Shown here: piece after piece, positions 37,217 through 52,360 of the stretch
How the letters are laid out: each line of letters opens with the position of its first letter
Numbering within the stretch: the stretch's first letter is position 1
Assembly: GCF_000143415.4 (NCBI RefSeq)
Contig: NW_003314419.1
Location: forward strand, 13,969 to 77,968
Direction: 5' to 3'
Origin: Selaginella moellendorffii
Taxonomy: Eukaryota; Plantae; Lycopodiophyta
Length of the DNA stretch: 64,000 bases
Made by a program: the position numbers and the translations under genes
The notes under the pieces: generated by a model
What the model was told of the DNA's origin: nothing
What the model saw: only the letters and a program-made list of their open reading frames with translations
The model's database searches: none

Positions 37217-39509
37217 GAAATAGAGGCATTTAAAAACTACTGCTACATTGCCACATCACCTGGAAAACCTTCATGAAAAAGTATTTATTTCAATAAGAGT
37301 GAGGAACAGATTGCATTACAATAGAAATTGATAGAATGGTTTGAACTAAACAAGATCAATAAATTTTCAAGGACACCCTTGTACCACAAGATTTTTGAGT
37401 GGTATACATGGAATTCAAGAAACAAAATGTGGACACCACACCAACGTGCATTCAAGTTAGTCTCAGTCTCAGTCTTGGTCTCGAACTCCATTTTGGACTC
37501 AGTATCAGCCTTGATCTCAAACTCAATCTTGGACTCGGTCTCAAACTTAGTCTTAACACCTCCATGTATCACGATTTACCATGTGTCATTCCTTCTTTTG
37601 TCCCTTTCTAGAGATTTGTTTATCAATCGCTTTGTGTTTGTTCCTTAAGCACTTCTTTGGGAGTTCCTTCATGGCTCTCAACTTTCTGAGTTAGAGCTTT
37701 CGGTCCAGACATATTACACTTGCAAGATTTCAGCTTTAGCCACTACCATATGGCACATCTTTGGCTCCATTTTGGGACTTAAACATTTGTGTTTTATAAT
37801 GTTGGACTACCCTTCAGAATTCTTAAACTTAGTAACACCATCTGGAATGCCTTTGCACAAGCTACACATAAAATCACAGTTACAAATAAAATATTCATGG
37901 ATGTGTTTGCTACTTGCCAGACTTTGACTATCCCTGAAGTTTCTAAGAATCTAGCAGGTTGGTTGAAGCATTTTTATGTCAAACTCGATGCATTTTTTTA
38001 AGGTAAAAGTCACAGACAGGACTATATACATCATAGATGAACTGTTTTGGCAAAATACAATAGTATCCAATCCTCCAACCTCACCTACTAATCATGAGTT
38101 GCAGCCAGGTGTTAATCTTGACTATGCAAAAGTAATGATTGACTTCACCTGGAATAATAGAAATCTTAGAACATACCTTCTATTGTCTGCCATGATTAGG
38201 AAGATTCAAATAATAAGAAAAGAAGTAAATAACCAATTGATTTGATTTTAATTGAGCAGGTTGAGGGAGTTCTGAAAGGGAAGTGCGGTTCATAGATATG
38301 GAGTGTCAGACGTTCCCCCTGGTATTGAGGACAACTGAGACATGTCCAGCTCCCTTTGTAGGACATGACAATCCTATGCAATGGTTAAAAGTTTCTAGCC
38401 ATGGATGTTGGTAGCAAAATGACTGACTTGGTGGTGCATGGGTGAATCCTGTCCTTGAGCTGCAGCTGCAGGATGTCAGTTTTTCTTGATGAAACCTATC
38501 TGGTACACACATAATCAAATCCAAACATACAAACACGATAAGAATACCTGTAAGTCGACAACAACTGCTTGAAGCTTGTCAGCATTCAAGGTTATCATAA
38601 GTTCTGGCATAATAACCTGTCTAGATAGCAGAGCATTGTATCATATCTCCAACACGTTATTTTTCCAGATCCTGCCGCATTTCAGTCACTCCTTGCCTCG
38701 GGATCTGTTTAGGTCAATGTTTATCAGTGAATAGTGTTATAAAATACACAAGCAGTACCTTTGTACAGACTTGCAGTCATGGACACTGCGAGATAAAGCG
38801 TTGCAGTGTATTCCACCTGCTCTCTTTTGGAGAGACGCTTTGTGGCTGCTGCTGTTAGTTACAAACACAAACTACTCACTTGTAAAAGCTGCATGGAATT
38901 GGAAGCGATCCATGCTTGTTTAAAGGAGCGTTCTAGAGCAAGTAAACATCAAGAAAGAAAGCAAGAATGCCGCAAATAGATTGTCTTTGTTTGCGAAGCT
39001 GGCCTTTCAATCCTATCTACATGACCTCATGCAAGAATCTTTGCAGGAATGCAAGCCAGAATCCACATGATGCTTTTTATTGCTGTGAAGCTTTTTTGTG
39101 GCAAAAATAGAGCTACAAAACCAAAGAGAGAAGTCATCTTGTAAGTCATGGTGACTAACGCCTTTGCTGTGAGAATAATCTACGGTGAAGTTTGAGTGCC
39201 CGGATACATGGGTTCCTGACTAAAAACCTCAGTTGCCACTGCAATCTCAATCTGGTGTAACAGCATAGCATGCAAGCCATAGCCACCATTTATTTTGCAT
39301 CATATGTCTGGAAAATGAAAAACTCTGTCCATCATGCACATGAACACACACACACACACACAGAGTACACGTGGAGCTGCTCACGCTAGAGACTCCTGAT
39401 TTGAAGCTTTCAAATATTAACCATCCGATTGAAAGCATATTCATAAATAATATTTTTAAAAAAGAACTAGCAGGGATTCCAGCTCCGCTGGGATAGATAG
39501 GACATCTGT

Positions 39510-42500
39510 TACATAGGTGACATGAATCCTAGAGAATTTCTTTGTAAACAATGTTTTTCATATAGACATTATGGTTCTGGAGCACACCTTGTCCTTCACA
39601 CTGTTCAATAGACATTGTAATTTGTTTCTTTGATGTTCCCCTTGAAAGTGCAACATAAAGTTGATCATGGCCAAAAACAAGTCTTGGCAAGTAGATACCC
39701 ACATTCTGTAATGTTTTTCCCTAAGATTTGCAAATTGTTATGGAGAACGCAAGCCTTATTGGGAATTGCCGTCATTTGAGGATAAATGGCATGTGTCCAT
39801 CAGTTGGTTTTAAAGAGATTCTTGGTAGGAGGACTTTTTTTCCTTGCATACCATTATGTAGAATTTCAGCTTCTATAACATTTGGTAGTGTGGTTATAAT
39901 TAGTTTAGTGCCATTACAGAGGCCTTTTTTAGTGTCAATGTTGTGTAACAACATTACAATACATCCGATTTTTATCTGTAGCTTGTGTGGAGGCATTCCA
40001 GATGGTGTTACTGAGTTTAAGAATTCTACAGGATAGTCCAACATTTCTTCTTCCGAATCTGTTTCTACAATGTCAATGCTTCTGTATGTTATTGTTCCGC
40101 CGGTCATTCTCGAAAGAACTTGGTCGTTCATTTGTAGAGAGAGATCATTTAAAGTCGTGAGAATAGCTTTCTGCATTAGGTTTGGGTCATTTGGTTGTAT
40201 ATGCTTTCCAAACACATTATCTATCATTTGTTCTCTGGATGTCAATGTTAGAGGTAATTTTATAACATCTTGGTTGAATCCTTGGAGGCTAGGTAGGTTA
40301 CTATTTCTGAGCTTCACAAGGCATCTAGACCATTCCTTTTCTTCAGAGTTCACCCTCATGTTTGTATGTAATGAAAACTTTACAAGTTTCCACCATATTG
40401 GTGAGGATTTCACGCTGTTTTGGATAATTTGTGTGCAACAGGCTCTTTTTAGAACAGATAATGTCTGTCTGAAATCTCCTCCTGTTACTAATGTGATGCC
40501 ACCAAATTCTGTATCACAGTTTTTTATGTCACGCAAGACCCTCTCGACAGCTTTAAAAGCGTGAACAGGTACCATGCTTATTTCATCCCATATGAGCAGG
40601 TCAGCTCTTCTTATGACCTCGGCAGGTGCTAAATTCTCTCGTAGGTCCGAGGTGCATGTTTCTGTGATTAGTACTGGAAGCTTAAATGTTGAATGAGCCG
40701 TTCGGCCTCCTACAAGAAGAGTACTCGCTATTCCTGTCCACGTGACTGCTAAGACTTTCATGCCATAAGCAGTGACATATTTTATCAGCGTGTTAAAAAG
40801 GTATGATTTCCCTGTGCCTCCCACACCATCAACAAAGAATAATCTGCTTGTTTCTTTTTTGTTTTGTATTGCATTTAAGACGTTGTTAAATATGTGAAGC
40901 TGTTCCATGTTCAATCTGGTTTTTAGTAATTCAACTTCGTCAGGTGTGCATGGCATACAGCTTATTTCAGTTGTGGTTTCGTTATCTCCTATAAACTCTG
41001 AATCTGGTAACTCGTAGTCGGACAGTTTCTTGTGATGTTCCTGGAGTAATATTGACATTTCATGCAATCCATGTTGCATTGCTGCTTCATAGTTGTGATT
41101 TTGGACCAAGTCTTCACACATGCCTTCCTTGAATTTATCCCATAGTTTTTTGGGATCAATGAGCTCACAAAAATAACACATGACACTGAATAGATACCTT
41201 ACTTTTGCAGGCATCTGAAATGTCAATGACTCTTCTAAACATTTCTCCCACTCACAATCATCCTGTAGAAGTCCCATTTCTTGTGCAGTAAAACGGTATG
41301 TGTCATATGCAACNNNNNNNNNNNNNNNNNNNNNNNNNNNNNNNNNNNNNNNNNNNNNNNNNNNNNNNNNNNNNNNNNNNNNNNNNNNNNNNNNNNNNNN
41401 NNNNNNNNNNNNNNNNNNNNNNNNNNNNNNNNNNNNNNNNNNNNNNNNNNNNNNNNNNNNNNNNNNNNNNNNNNNNNNNNNNNNNNNNNNNNNNNNNNNN
41501 NNNNNNNNNNNNNNNNNNNNNNNNNNNNNNNNNNNNNNNNNNNNNNNNNNNNNNNNNNNNNNNNNNNNNNNNNNNNNNNNNNNNNNNNNNNNNNNNNNNN
41601 NNNNNNNNNNNNNNNNNNNNNNNNNNNNNNNNNNNNNNNNNNNNNNNNNNNNNNNNNNNNNNNNNNNNNNNNNNNNNNNNNNNNNNNNNNNNNNNNNNNN
41701 NNNNNNNNNNNNNNNNNNNNNNNNNNNNNNNNNNNNNNNNNNNNNNNNNNNNNNNNNNNNNNNNNNNNNNNNNNNNNNNNNNNNNNNNNNNNNNNNNNNN
41801 NNNNNNNNNNNNNNNNNNNNNNNNNNNNNNNNNNNNNNNNNNNNNNNNNNNNNNNNNNNNNNNNNNNNNNNNNNNNNNNNNNNNNNNNNNNNNNNNNNNN
41901 NNNNNNNNNNNNNNNNNNNNNNNNNNNNNNNNNNNNNNNNNNNNNNNNNNNNNNNNNNNNNNNNNNNNNNNNNNNTAGTGTGACTTACATTCACCATCCT
42001 TCGTGCATGGGCTGTTTGGAAATTCAGGCCCACAAGGGCCATGTATCATGTGCTTTTTAACCAATTCATATAATTCTGGGTCTAGTCTGGCATCTGGTAT
42101 TTCGGCAGTAACTATATTGTCTATGTCGTCGATAGTTCTGATTTTATTATCTTTACCAAGGATCACAAAATATGACAGTGTGGCAGTCCTCTTTTCTGGA
42201 ATTCAATCACATAGACATAAGCATTGACCTGGCCAAATATTTCTTGTTTGTAAATGTCATCTATGAGTTCTTGTTTCTTGATATGGAATACACGTGCAAT
42301 CAAGTCAGGTCTGTCTGCAGTTGTTTGTCCAGGTAGAAGGTTTTTAGTGGTCTCTTTCCATTTAGGATTGTAGGTGAATGTTATGAACAAATCAGGTTTT
42401 CCCTTACAAGGCTCATGGCATCCTGGTAGTTCTGATTCATCTGTCGTGGGCCTCCAGTGAATGAGGATGGAAGTATTATTAGTTTTCCAGCACGTACCCC
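39510..42500 (-). pseudogene. Helitron RepHel (HUH Rep + PIF1 helicase), with stops/frameshifts and an N gap
   Basis: FITFTYNPKW, VIEFQKRGLPHCHIL, HMIHGPCG (Rep). GVGGTGKS, WDEISM, GGDFRQ, LHTNMR, GLCNGT, QFPIRLAFSIT, QLYVALSR (helicase). Confidence 0.95.
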
Positions 42501-43899
42501 TTGCTGTTCGGCTCTGTTTTTCACGAAATCTGAGAGGCCACCGTATGCTTCAGCACATAGCTCACGTTGGTAACACTTTATTCAGTGCCCTTTTCCCATC
42601 AAGTCCATTCATCTTAAATCATTTTCCTTCGTTACATTCGGCAATAAGATATTATTCAGCAAGCCGGGTTGTGCTGCAGCACGGATTGCATGTGTTCTTT
42701 AGCCGTGATGTACTTGCAAAGCTCAAGAGATCACTCATTATCAAAAAGTTATGAAGTCATGCTCTGCCCAAGTTCTCTCACCTTTAAATAACGGTTGAGC
42801 AGCATTGTGGACTATGATTAGATCCTTCTATGGGCTTTCGTTTGTTTGTGAAGCATTCATCTGTATGCAAACTCGGGATGCAAGGACCTGAAAGGTTGGA
42901 TTTTCAATTAATTTCAGATGATGGAAAGCCAAGTTTACATTGCCAAGTTTACACTCCATTGATCGAAGGAGTTGATTCCCCAGATAAATCCCTGCACCAC
43001 GACCCAGTGCTCATACAAAGCTAGAAGCTGGTCAACTGTAAATGGCTTTAGAGTTGGTAGCAACATGCTCAAGACTGGACGATTGCTGGTGAATTCTTGC
43101 AGACTTTCACCTAACATGCTAGATAACCGTAGAGCAGCAAGGAAAGAACATTCAAGAAGCCTTTCAAGATCCTACTCTTTATTTTGTAGGAAATTCAGCA
43201 CTTGGCTCTCGAATTTGCAGCATGCCGGGACTGCATTGCAATGTGTTGGGATTTCTCCTATCCAAGATGTNNNNNNNNNNNNNNNNNNNNNNNNNNNNNN
43301 NNNNNNNNNNNNNNNNNNNNNNNNNNNNNNNNNNNNNNNNNNNNNNNNNNNNNNNNNNNNNNNNNNNNNNTCGGTAGACACTGCTTGATTCTTATTATAA
43401 TGAGGCTTATAACATTAACTTTGGCCAATCTTGCTAAACAATAGACTATGGCCGATTTAGTAAAGGGATGATAAGTTGTAAAACTCAGTTCTCATGAGAT
43501 TCTTACAACTTGCTTCTGAAAGTCTTCATGTTTTGCCTTTGTGCTTCGCAAATCTTCCTCAGCTTGCTTGAGCTGTATAAATAGGAACGACGTCTGTCAT
43601 ATGTAACGTTAAAAACAACAACCTTCAAGTGATGTTCTTGTCAGGAATGGAAGGGGAAAAATCCTTGAGGATCAACGCATTAGTTTTGGCAGGGTTGGCA
43701 ACCACCAAATTCCAAATGCTGATACGTTTTATATTTAGATGTTACCTTCAAGTCCTTGGCAGCACACTTTTCAAGAGCAGAAGCTTGAGACTTATAGATG
43801 GAGATAGGCTATGCCATCAGGACTTTCAAGGAGGAGCTGCCTGTTCTGTTCCACAGAGGTCTGAGCTAAGTCAGGTGTACCTCTCAGCTCCCACACTGC

Positions 43900-44305
43900 T
43901 GCGAGGTGATCAAGGTGATGGACAAGCTGACTAAAAAGTTCACCAAGATGGTGGACAAAACAGGAGCGCTTTACATTGGAACACTCCAGGAACCAATGGC
44001 ATCTGATGGTGAGACCGAGCAGCTGTTCCAGAAGATTGAGAATCCCCGGTTAACTGGAGGAGATCCGCATGGCTCTGAGCTCGAACCCAATGTATCTGGT
44101 GATGGCAGTGCCAGATGCGAAGATTGCGAGTAGCATGTGCAACTCCAGCGAGGTTCTCATCACTGTTAACTTCCAGAAAGCTTGCAAGGACAGGAGCATC
44201 AAGTTCTACACGTCAGAGAATGGCTTGATCTTCAGCAGTGGCTCCATACCGGTCAAGTACTTCAAGCAGGTGGTGGAACTGCCAAGCAACAAACTACTGC
44301 TCTAG
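43900..44305 (+). pseudogene. tRNA 2'-phosphotransferase (Tpt1/KptA)-like fragment
   Basis: SMCNSSEVLITVNFQKACKDRSIKFYTSENGLIFSSGSIPVKYFKQV matches the Tpt1 C-terminal pattern; frameshifted upstream. Confidence 0.7.
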
Positions 44306-44467
44306 CTCCGGCCAAGGGGCCTCGGTTCTTAAGAGTAGTTAGATCTTTTCTCAAGTCTTGGAATGAATCTATAAGAAAGTTTTCTAGATATTTAATTTAA
44401 TCAATCAGTCCTCGTTTGGCTTCCAAAAAAACGAAACATAAGAGAAAACACGTCCTCATACCATAAG

Positions 44468-44622
44468 CTACTCTTCCACTGCGATCGTTCCCTTCTTGCT
44501 CAAGTAGATACCATCCAAGTCTTTATTCTTCACATGGCATTTCTGGCAGCAAAAAAAGAAGAAACATCACCACAAGATAGATCTGAAAAACTCATCTCAT
44601 ACCTGGTTGATGAGAGCAGCAA
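44468..44622 (-). pseudogene. RPL9: 60S ribosomal protein L9 (uL6) C-terminal fragment with intron
   Basis: AALINQ|intron|KCHVKNKDLDGIYLSKKGTIAVEE*, with a small deletion relative to KNKDIRKFLDGIYVSEKG. Confidence 0.8.
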
Positions 44623-47600
44623 ACCTCATGGCATGCAACCGTGGTGAAATGCTGAATTACATAAGCACTCCTGGAAAAATGCTTCAAAAAAACAGGTTTA
44701 CCATCGAAAAAACTGGTTTACCCTAAAAAAATAAAAACGTTCCACTCTCAACTGTTTTTCCCACGTGTCTTCATCTCCACCATTAAGCTCGAAAAGAATC
44801 TCGATTGAATATGTCACCCTTGCTCTTTTAAATATAGAAGGACTAGCAGAGACCCCAGCTCCGTTGGAAGATATAGTAAGATATACCTAAGATAAATACA
44901 TCAATGTTAGAAATTTTGATTGTATACAAAGTTAAATTTATCTTAATTTTGCTATTCTTCACCTCTAAAGAAATGCACAATAATGCAAATAGATAAAAAA
45001 TGCAAGTTTTGGAAAAGATAAGATCATTTTTTAATCATCATTAAATTTAAATTTGAATTTTTCTATTGCCTTTATAAAATGATACAAAACCCTAAACACG
45101 TCTACAAGATTGATGCCATGATCTAAAACCAATTGAGTTTTCACAAAACCAAAGAATTATATACTGCCAAAAAAATAGGTTTGGGGAAACTATTTTCTTG
45201 ATTACATTCTGAGCTTTATTTTTTTTATATCTGAACTATAATGCTGCCTTTAACTTTCATAGTCTAATAAAAAACAAGAGAATTTCTATTATGTGTCTCG
45301 ATTTATATTTACAAATAAACATAAGTAAATCTATCTAGATACTCACACTACATAAGAGGTGTTTGAAAAGAGGTACATCCAAAGATAATAATTATATTAG
45401 AGATACAATTGTATTAAAACAAATCTCTACTAATGCTTTATAATAAAACTATACATTCCAATTTATAAAAACATTACTATTCAATGATTCAACACTACTT
45501 ATTATTCAGCAATTATATAAAGGAGAACATGATAACAGATTAACATATTATATAAAAATATTAATGTTTTAAATATAAACATGTAGATAATATTAATATT
45601 TACATATTAAAAAATTTATTTTTTGTATAGGATCCATTATCTAATGTCATATTAAATATTTTTAATTTTTATATTTTATTTTATATTTTCAATTTAGAAA
45701 AAAATATTAGACTATTAAGCTTATCTTTGTGAGTAAAATGTTACTATTGCACATTATTCGCTATACATCTTTTTTTTCTTCTATTAAATATTATATTATT
45801 GATACTCAAATTTAAAATAAAATAAAATAAAATCTATAAAATTAGATCTCATATTGCTATATAAACAAAAAAAGGAATGATATTTTATTATATTTTTAAA
45901 ATTATTAAAACATATTATTGAAACATATCTTAAATATAGCAACTGTTTTAAAAAATAAATTATAGAGATAATAGCTATAACATGTTATATACATATTATA
46001 TTAACATGTAATATACAAATTAATATAAATGTTGTAGAAATCTAGAAATCTAAAAATCAATTGTAGAAAATTAATTGTACTTATAAATATCCTAAAAAAC
46101 TAATAACATTTTTAAAAGTTCCTTAAGTATGTGCATGGTTTGGATATTTATATTATCAACCATCTCTCTGAATAACATAAAATAAATCAGTTTAAAATAT
46201 AATTATTAATTTATATTTCAAAACATAGCACTCATTTATTTTAGTTTTTACTTTAAATACTACACTAATTTTCTTTTAACTAAGAATATTTAATCTCTAA
46301 TGTTTAATTTATTATAATATTTAAATTTTCTATTCAGTATTTTTTATATGTATTTTTCATCTTGTAAAACTCATTATTATAAATAAAGTGTGAATACTTC
46401 ATGGTTGCATTAACCAGCACATTACAATAAGTGTACAATATATTATACCTTACTTTTCTTGTTTAATATAAATATGTAGATAAATGAGTGAATTCACTAA
46501 CTTTTAATGTTTATAAATAAATTTATTTAGAACATAAAATTACTCATAAAATTTCTTCAAGCTGGAGTTTGTAGTGGAGCTGGAGTTTGTTAATTCTTGA
46601 AGTGTTATTACAATTATTTAGTAAATATGACCAATACATTAGTGACACTATTTAATATAATGAAATTTCTAGAAATTATTTTGATACACAATTGTATACT
46701 CATGTTGATTAGATGTCATTACTTTTAATTTTACCTGGATATTTAATTTTGCTATTTCGTTTTTTCCTTTAACTCTTCATCTTTGAAGTGCCAAAAGTTT
46801 TTCTGAAAACCTTATTATTATAAATAAATCTTCCAGAGAGTAATTGCAAAAGGTATATTTTATATATATATAATGTTATCATTTTGTTTTATTATTATCA
46901 TGGTATAATAAAATAGTGCTTATTATTGACATTATTACCATTTTCTGAACACTATAATGGTGAATGATATAATGGATTTTCTTTGCTTACCAGAAGAAGT
47001 ATCTGTATTGTCATAGAAGTGTTAAGATGTCATTATGTGTGACAAAATTCCATTATTTATTACTGCTCTAATCCCAATTTCCAATGCATGCCATTAATAT
47101 TACCACATTAGTAATAGAACTATTAAGTATCTACATTATCAATAATTAAAAAGCTGTATTATTTGAATTTATCTGGATTATTGTGATATTTGTTAATATC
47201 ATCATTTAAATTAATCATGGGAGGACCCTAGCATAAATTCTAATTTTTTTTAAAACCTATCTGCTATTTGTAAGACATGTTGTTTCTCCTTTTTCTCAAC
47301 CTATTTTTAATTTTTATCGTGCTCATTGAATAGCCCACCACTTGATAAGACTTAACACCCAAGGAACTTCATGTGCTTGGATGTACCAGCAAGGACTCCT
47401 TAGCTTATGGAACTGCAGAAGGTAGCTCAAGTTTTTCTTTCATATCCAAGAAGAAGCTAACAAAGCTTTTTCTTGTAGTTTCTTAAGTCTTCAAGAGTAG
47501 TGTTTTCTAAAAAAATAATGATATTTTTGAGATATTCATAAGAATTGCATGTTTGGAATATCTACATCACCAAAGATTTCTCTAAGTAGCAGAAAACAAA

Positions 47601-48429
47601 TTACTTTCCAATATAAATACTACTATGTTTTTCATAAGATTAGCAACCTTCCTTATTCTTTCTTGCTTCAAATGCCAAATCCATTATATGTTTTTTCTCT
47701 AAAATCCTTCTTTAGGCCAACTATCAACTTCTTATTTTTCTACTTACTACAAGGTCTCATCTTTTCTCATTTGCAATAATGTGTTAGCTTGGACTATTGA
47801 AATAGGAGATTGTGATCTTAGGATACCATTATTTGCACGAATTTACGATGTTAGTTTTTGTAGCAGTGGATTGTAACACATTTGTTAAGGACCCTTTGAT
47901 AATAAGATTGAAATGGTGACCTTTGTGGCCTCACAAACTCATGTTTCTATGCTCCCTGCCACCACAAGCCATTCTAAGGAAGCTCCTGAATCTAGTGTCA
48001 GGTAATGCAACTGATGTTAGATCTCTTCCTCTTGCAAGGATATGTGTCTGTCTGGGTATTTGCAAAGGTGCTGAATCCAATTCTATTCTTCTTCAACATT
48101 TTGTCTTGGGTGATTCATTATTTGCTTTCATTGTTTGAGAGTGAAGTGGCAAGAGACTGACTTTTTTTATGAAATCTCTGCTTGTGTCATTCTGACTTTG
48201 TAAGCATTGTTTTGTAGTCAAGCAAAGCCACAAAGGCTACAACAGGCAGTACAATGTACTCCTATTTAACTATTTATTAGAACAAGAAAATATCATACTA
48301 CACCTTACTATTTCTCATTCCCTAGACATTCCTCAGATGCTGCTCATAGAATTCCAGAAGCTGTAACTTGACTCCATAAAACATGAAAGAAGCAGTGAAA
48401 AAGTACCTTTCATAGGTTAAAGATTTTTT

Positions 48430-49830
48430 CTCGTTATTGAAAGATATCCAGAGGAGGTTAACACTTCAGAGCCTCACAAGCGCCTCATAGATTGCCCTTA
48501 AAGAGATGGTGTTCAGTTCTATGGTTCTTTAAGAATACCTACCAGTTTGTCTCTATCTTGAACATGTCGTCATTAGGTCCATTGGAGAAAAGGGTAACCA
48601 TAAATGTAGAGTTTTTATAAATAGTGTTTCCTTCGAAATACAGAAGCGACAGAGATGAATTAGAACAGTGGAGGCTTGAGAATACATAGCGTATCATCTT
48701 GTATGAGGTACAATTCAGTAGAATACTTTTTTCTTTTTTAATTACAGAAGTTTTGAAACTCTTACAGAATAGTCTGGANNNNNNNNNNNNNNNNNNNNNN
48801 NNNNNNNNNNNNNNNNNNNNNNNNNNNNNNNNNNNNNNNNNNNNNNNNNNNNNNNNNNNNNNNNNNNNNNNNNNNNNNGATTTTTCTTTAGGAAATCATC
48901 AGCCACATGATGACATGAGCCGTTGAGTCGTGACCAGCATTCATGTACATGTTGAGCATGTCTATGATATGAGCGTCTTCCAGCACCTCTTTTTTGTCAT
49001 CCGGCTGATCCATGAGCAATGAAAGAATGCTTGTTTCCTGCGGCTTTCCAGAAGCGTTGGTTGATCACGTCCTGGATAAGCTTGATGAGCTTTTGCCTCG
49101 GCCTGAAAATGAGAAAACGTCACAAAGCTATGTACAACGCATATGGCTTTGTTGTAGGCAGTGCCGAGGAAGTTGATGGGGAGAGCCTGAATGCCTTGGT
49201 TGACAATGTAGTAGAAGGAGAAAGTCTCTTCCATGTCGAGACTGGAGTCTTTCCCATATAAAATGTAGAGGACAGTTAGAAACGTGAACTGTCATATCAG
49301 AAAAAAAAAACCAGTGTCAACAAGAAAACTAAGACAATTGCTTACTGGTAAGAAGAACGATCTTATCCTGCGTAGACCACCTCACAAGGGACACTTTTAT
49401 GTTGTTGACGATGAGGGGCACATACTGCTTGAGAGCTTTGGGATTGTTCACAGCGGGCTTGGAGCTTCAAGTGGCTCTTTCCAGTTAACCCTGCAAACAA
49501 ATTTCGTCCAATGAGCACAACAGTGCTCTCCGGCCATCCTGTCTCAAAGCTGTCTTTACAAAATTGCATGCTGCCAGAACAGAAACGCCTTGTAAAACCC
49601 ACTCGATTATACCTGAAACCAAGAAAAAGCGACAGTTAAACAAGCGAAAGAAAGTACAAGATCACTCAACTTTGCAATGTAGTCGGTCTTCCAGACTTGA
49701 AACCTCTGAGAAAAGCAGCCACGTTGCCAAAGATCCCGGTGGAAGTGGAGGCTGTCCCGGCTTGAGCACCGTCTCATGGTACCACTTTTTGAGAAAACTC
49801 GAGAATGTCAGGAAGGCAGTGACTGCCACA
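48430..49830 (-). pseudogene. Cytochrome P450 CYP88 (ent-kaurenoic acid oxidase-like) pseudogene
   Basis: LPPGSL, SFETGWPESTVVLIGRNLFAGL, VNQGIQALPINFLGTAYNKA, I-helix IIDMLNMYMNAGHDSTAHVIMW. Multiple frameshifts. Confidence 0.8.
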
Positions 49831-51089
49831 CTGCTGTGGATTCCCAGTGAACAGCCTGGGATTTACTCAGCTGGCTATCTGGACAACTTGGAGGAAATAG
49901 AAACCTTAAAATGGTATGGCGTTGGCGCTCAGATATGGATTGAGCGGCCAGTCACGTTCATATCAGTGGCTGCAGTGACGATAACTTGAGAGCGCCAGTG
50001 CACAAAGCTGCTGCATTGCCAGTGCGCTCCTCGCTGGGAAATTTCGAGCAAACACTGGATATTTCAATAGGCTCCAAAACTGTAAAACAGCTATACAACA
50101 CAAAATTTAGGATTTTATCCCACCCAGATCACTGCAAGAATACTGCAACCATAAACTCTCTGCCTTTCAGTTCTGTAACGATAGAAAATCTACAACAGAA
50201 CAACATGGCATTAGTGTTATAAAAAAAAAATCTAAAGCGAGGACAATGTAATCAAATTCTAAGGTTTTGCTTCTTGATCCAGCGAGCATCTGATGATGTG
50301 GGCGACATTTTGTCTAGCGTCCGGCTGCACAGCTTACGCTTGCCAGGCTTGTGAGGGATTAGCGAGCAGCATCTCTTGCNNNNNNNNNNNNNNNNNNNNN
50401 NNNNNNNNNNNNNNNNNNNNNNNNNNNNNNNNNNNNNNNNNNNNNNNNNNNNNNNNNNNNNNNNNNNNNNNNNNNNNNNNNNNNNNNNNNNNNNNNNNNN
50501 NNNNNNNNNNNNNNNNNNNNNNNNNNNNNNNNNNNNNNNNNNNNNNNNNNNNNNNNNNNNNNNNNNNNNNNNNNNNNNNNNNNNNNNNNNNNNNNNNNNN
50601 NNNNNNNNNNNNNNNNNNNNNNNATCGTGGCAACTGAATGATCAAGCTCTTATCGTCTGGTCTGGTCTCACTGTGCTTTGCCTCATCCTTCTTCCCAATG
50701 ACATTGTGGATGCTGACGGTAAATCTAGTGCTTTTCTCTTGGATTTATAACCATAGTTTCTTTGTTCTTCTGGCAGGAAGACTCTCGACATACAACTGGA
50801 ATGCTGCATGGATTGCCAAAGAGAGTCAGTTTTAGTTTCTTCTAAAATATTTTTTTAATTTTTGATTGTTTATGTAATATCTTTATTTTGAATTACATTT
50901 TCTTTTGTCCTTTAGCTCAATTTATAATTTTTTTTACAAGAAACATCAACAAAATTAAAAGCTTACAGTCATGCATACTCTATTAAATGTAGTGTTCCCT
51001 TTTTGTTCTGCCAAATAGTGCATAGAAGCTAATAACATGCACAATCTGTAATTTCTAAACAAACTTTTATTTATAAATCTCCTCATTCC

Positions 51090-52360
51090 ACTCACAGCAT
51101 TCCGTGTTGAAGAGAGCATCAAGACTGCTTGCTCCTCGGGTATTAATGCAGGCATCGACTTAGTATTCTAACAAAATCCCACAGTCAAGAGTTCTCCAAA
51201 CTTTCAAAACACCACAACACTTACAAAGAATGGAATTTCATTTGTGTCGCCATCATGAACACTATTAGAAATTCACGATAAAACCTGCAGAAAAACTCTT
51301 TGGTATAGCAAAGAAAAGAGAAAAAAGTCTAAATGAAACCAACCAACCTCCGAGATTTCATTTGCATCACTGTATGGAGCAATAAGCATCGATGCTAAAT
51401 CTGGCTCCTCATAATTCAAACGCCACCAGGTATTGATTCTCTTCACCACCGGCTTTTGATGTTGGATCTCTTCTAAAACGTATCATCAAAATCCTTGCCA
51501 CGTCTTGCACTTGGTACTGCCTCGGCCTGCAAGTCTCATGGACGGGTTCAGAAGGGAGGCAGTAATAGCAAAATTTCTGTACAAAAACAAGGATTAATTA
51601 ACCAGCGAGCTATATAAGTATCCACCTTTTGCATTTCGCCGTCAAGCCATGATAGGCTCAAATGCTTGTCTTTGTATGCAGTGGCAGCAGCAAAATTTTG
51701 GCTATCAATGTCCTCACTTACACGAGCTCATCTTGCACAATTCTCATCGTCTAAAATGAGAAACTCGTCAGCTAGAAACAACAAGAAAGAAAATCTTACA
51801 CTGCAGAGTTGATCAAGCTGAAAACCAGGCCTTCCAGCAACCACAATGCAGTACCATGTTTCTACATCTTTTCCAGCTGCAGAGAAGTCCGCGGGATCAC
51901 ATCCAAGTTTGGAAGCCGTGATGCTTTGCAGCTGAGGAAGAAATAAAAGCACGCACATCAAATTGCAATTAAAAAGATAGCAAAAGGAGGAAGAGCCTAC
52001 ATAGTACTTACCATGAACTTTATGTTCTTCCACAGTTTCCATGAAGGAGTCACGCAATTTACCTGCAATTTACCCGCAAAGTGAAAGAAATCATCTCAAA
52101 GCTGCCGAAAAGAAGATTTTTACCATAAACAGTTATGGGCTGGACACCTGGATCTTTGATGAAAACTACTGCCGGTGCCAACTCTAATCCAAACCTGCTC
52201 CACACGCAAAAGCATGAATCAATTCACGTGATTATCACTAAAACTACCAGCTTTTCAAAATCGAAGCTTCCTCTTGCCTCCACAAAACACATCCGAAAGA
52301 CATCAACTCGGAGTCCTTCTTGGCCGCTTCTCTTCTGAATGGAAATGCACGCTCTTCTGT
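51090..52360 (-). pseudogene. C-terminal multi-exon fragment of a plant DnaJ/thioredoxin-like protein (At1g18700-type)
   Basis: FGLELAPAVVFIKDPGVQP, LPQLQSITASKLGCDPADFSAAGKDVETWYCIVVAGR, LSWLDGEMQK|KFCYYCL. Short GT-AG introns; stops present. Confidence 0.65.

Larger units (their letters stand above)
39467..44842 (-). mobile_element. Helitron with degenerate RepHel and captured fragments
   Basis: 3' hairpin CCCAGCGGAGCTGG + CTAG|T at 39467. Putative 5' end TCCTTCTATATTTAAAAG at 44842. RepHel inside. Confidence 0.8.

Noticed and set aside
41281-42166. Long poly-X ORFs (also at 43271, 48779, 50380, 56395, 61796)
   Set aside because: Artefacts of N gaps.
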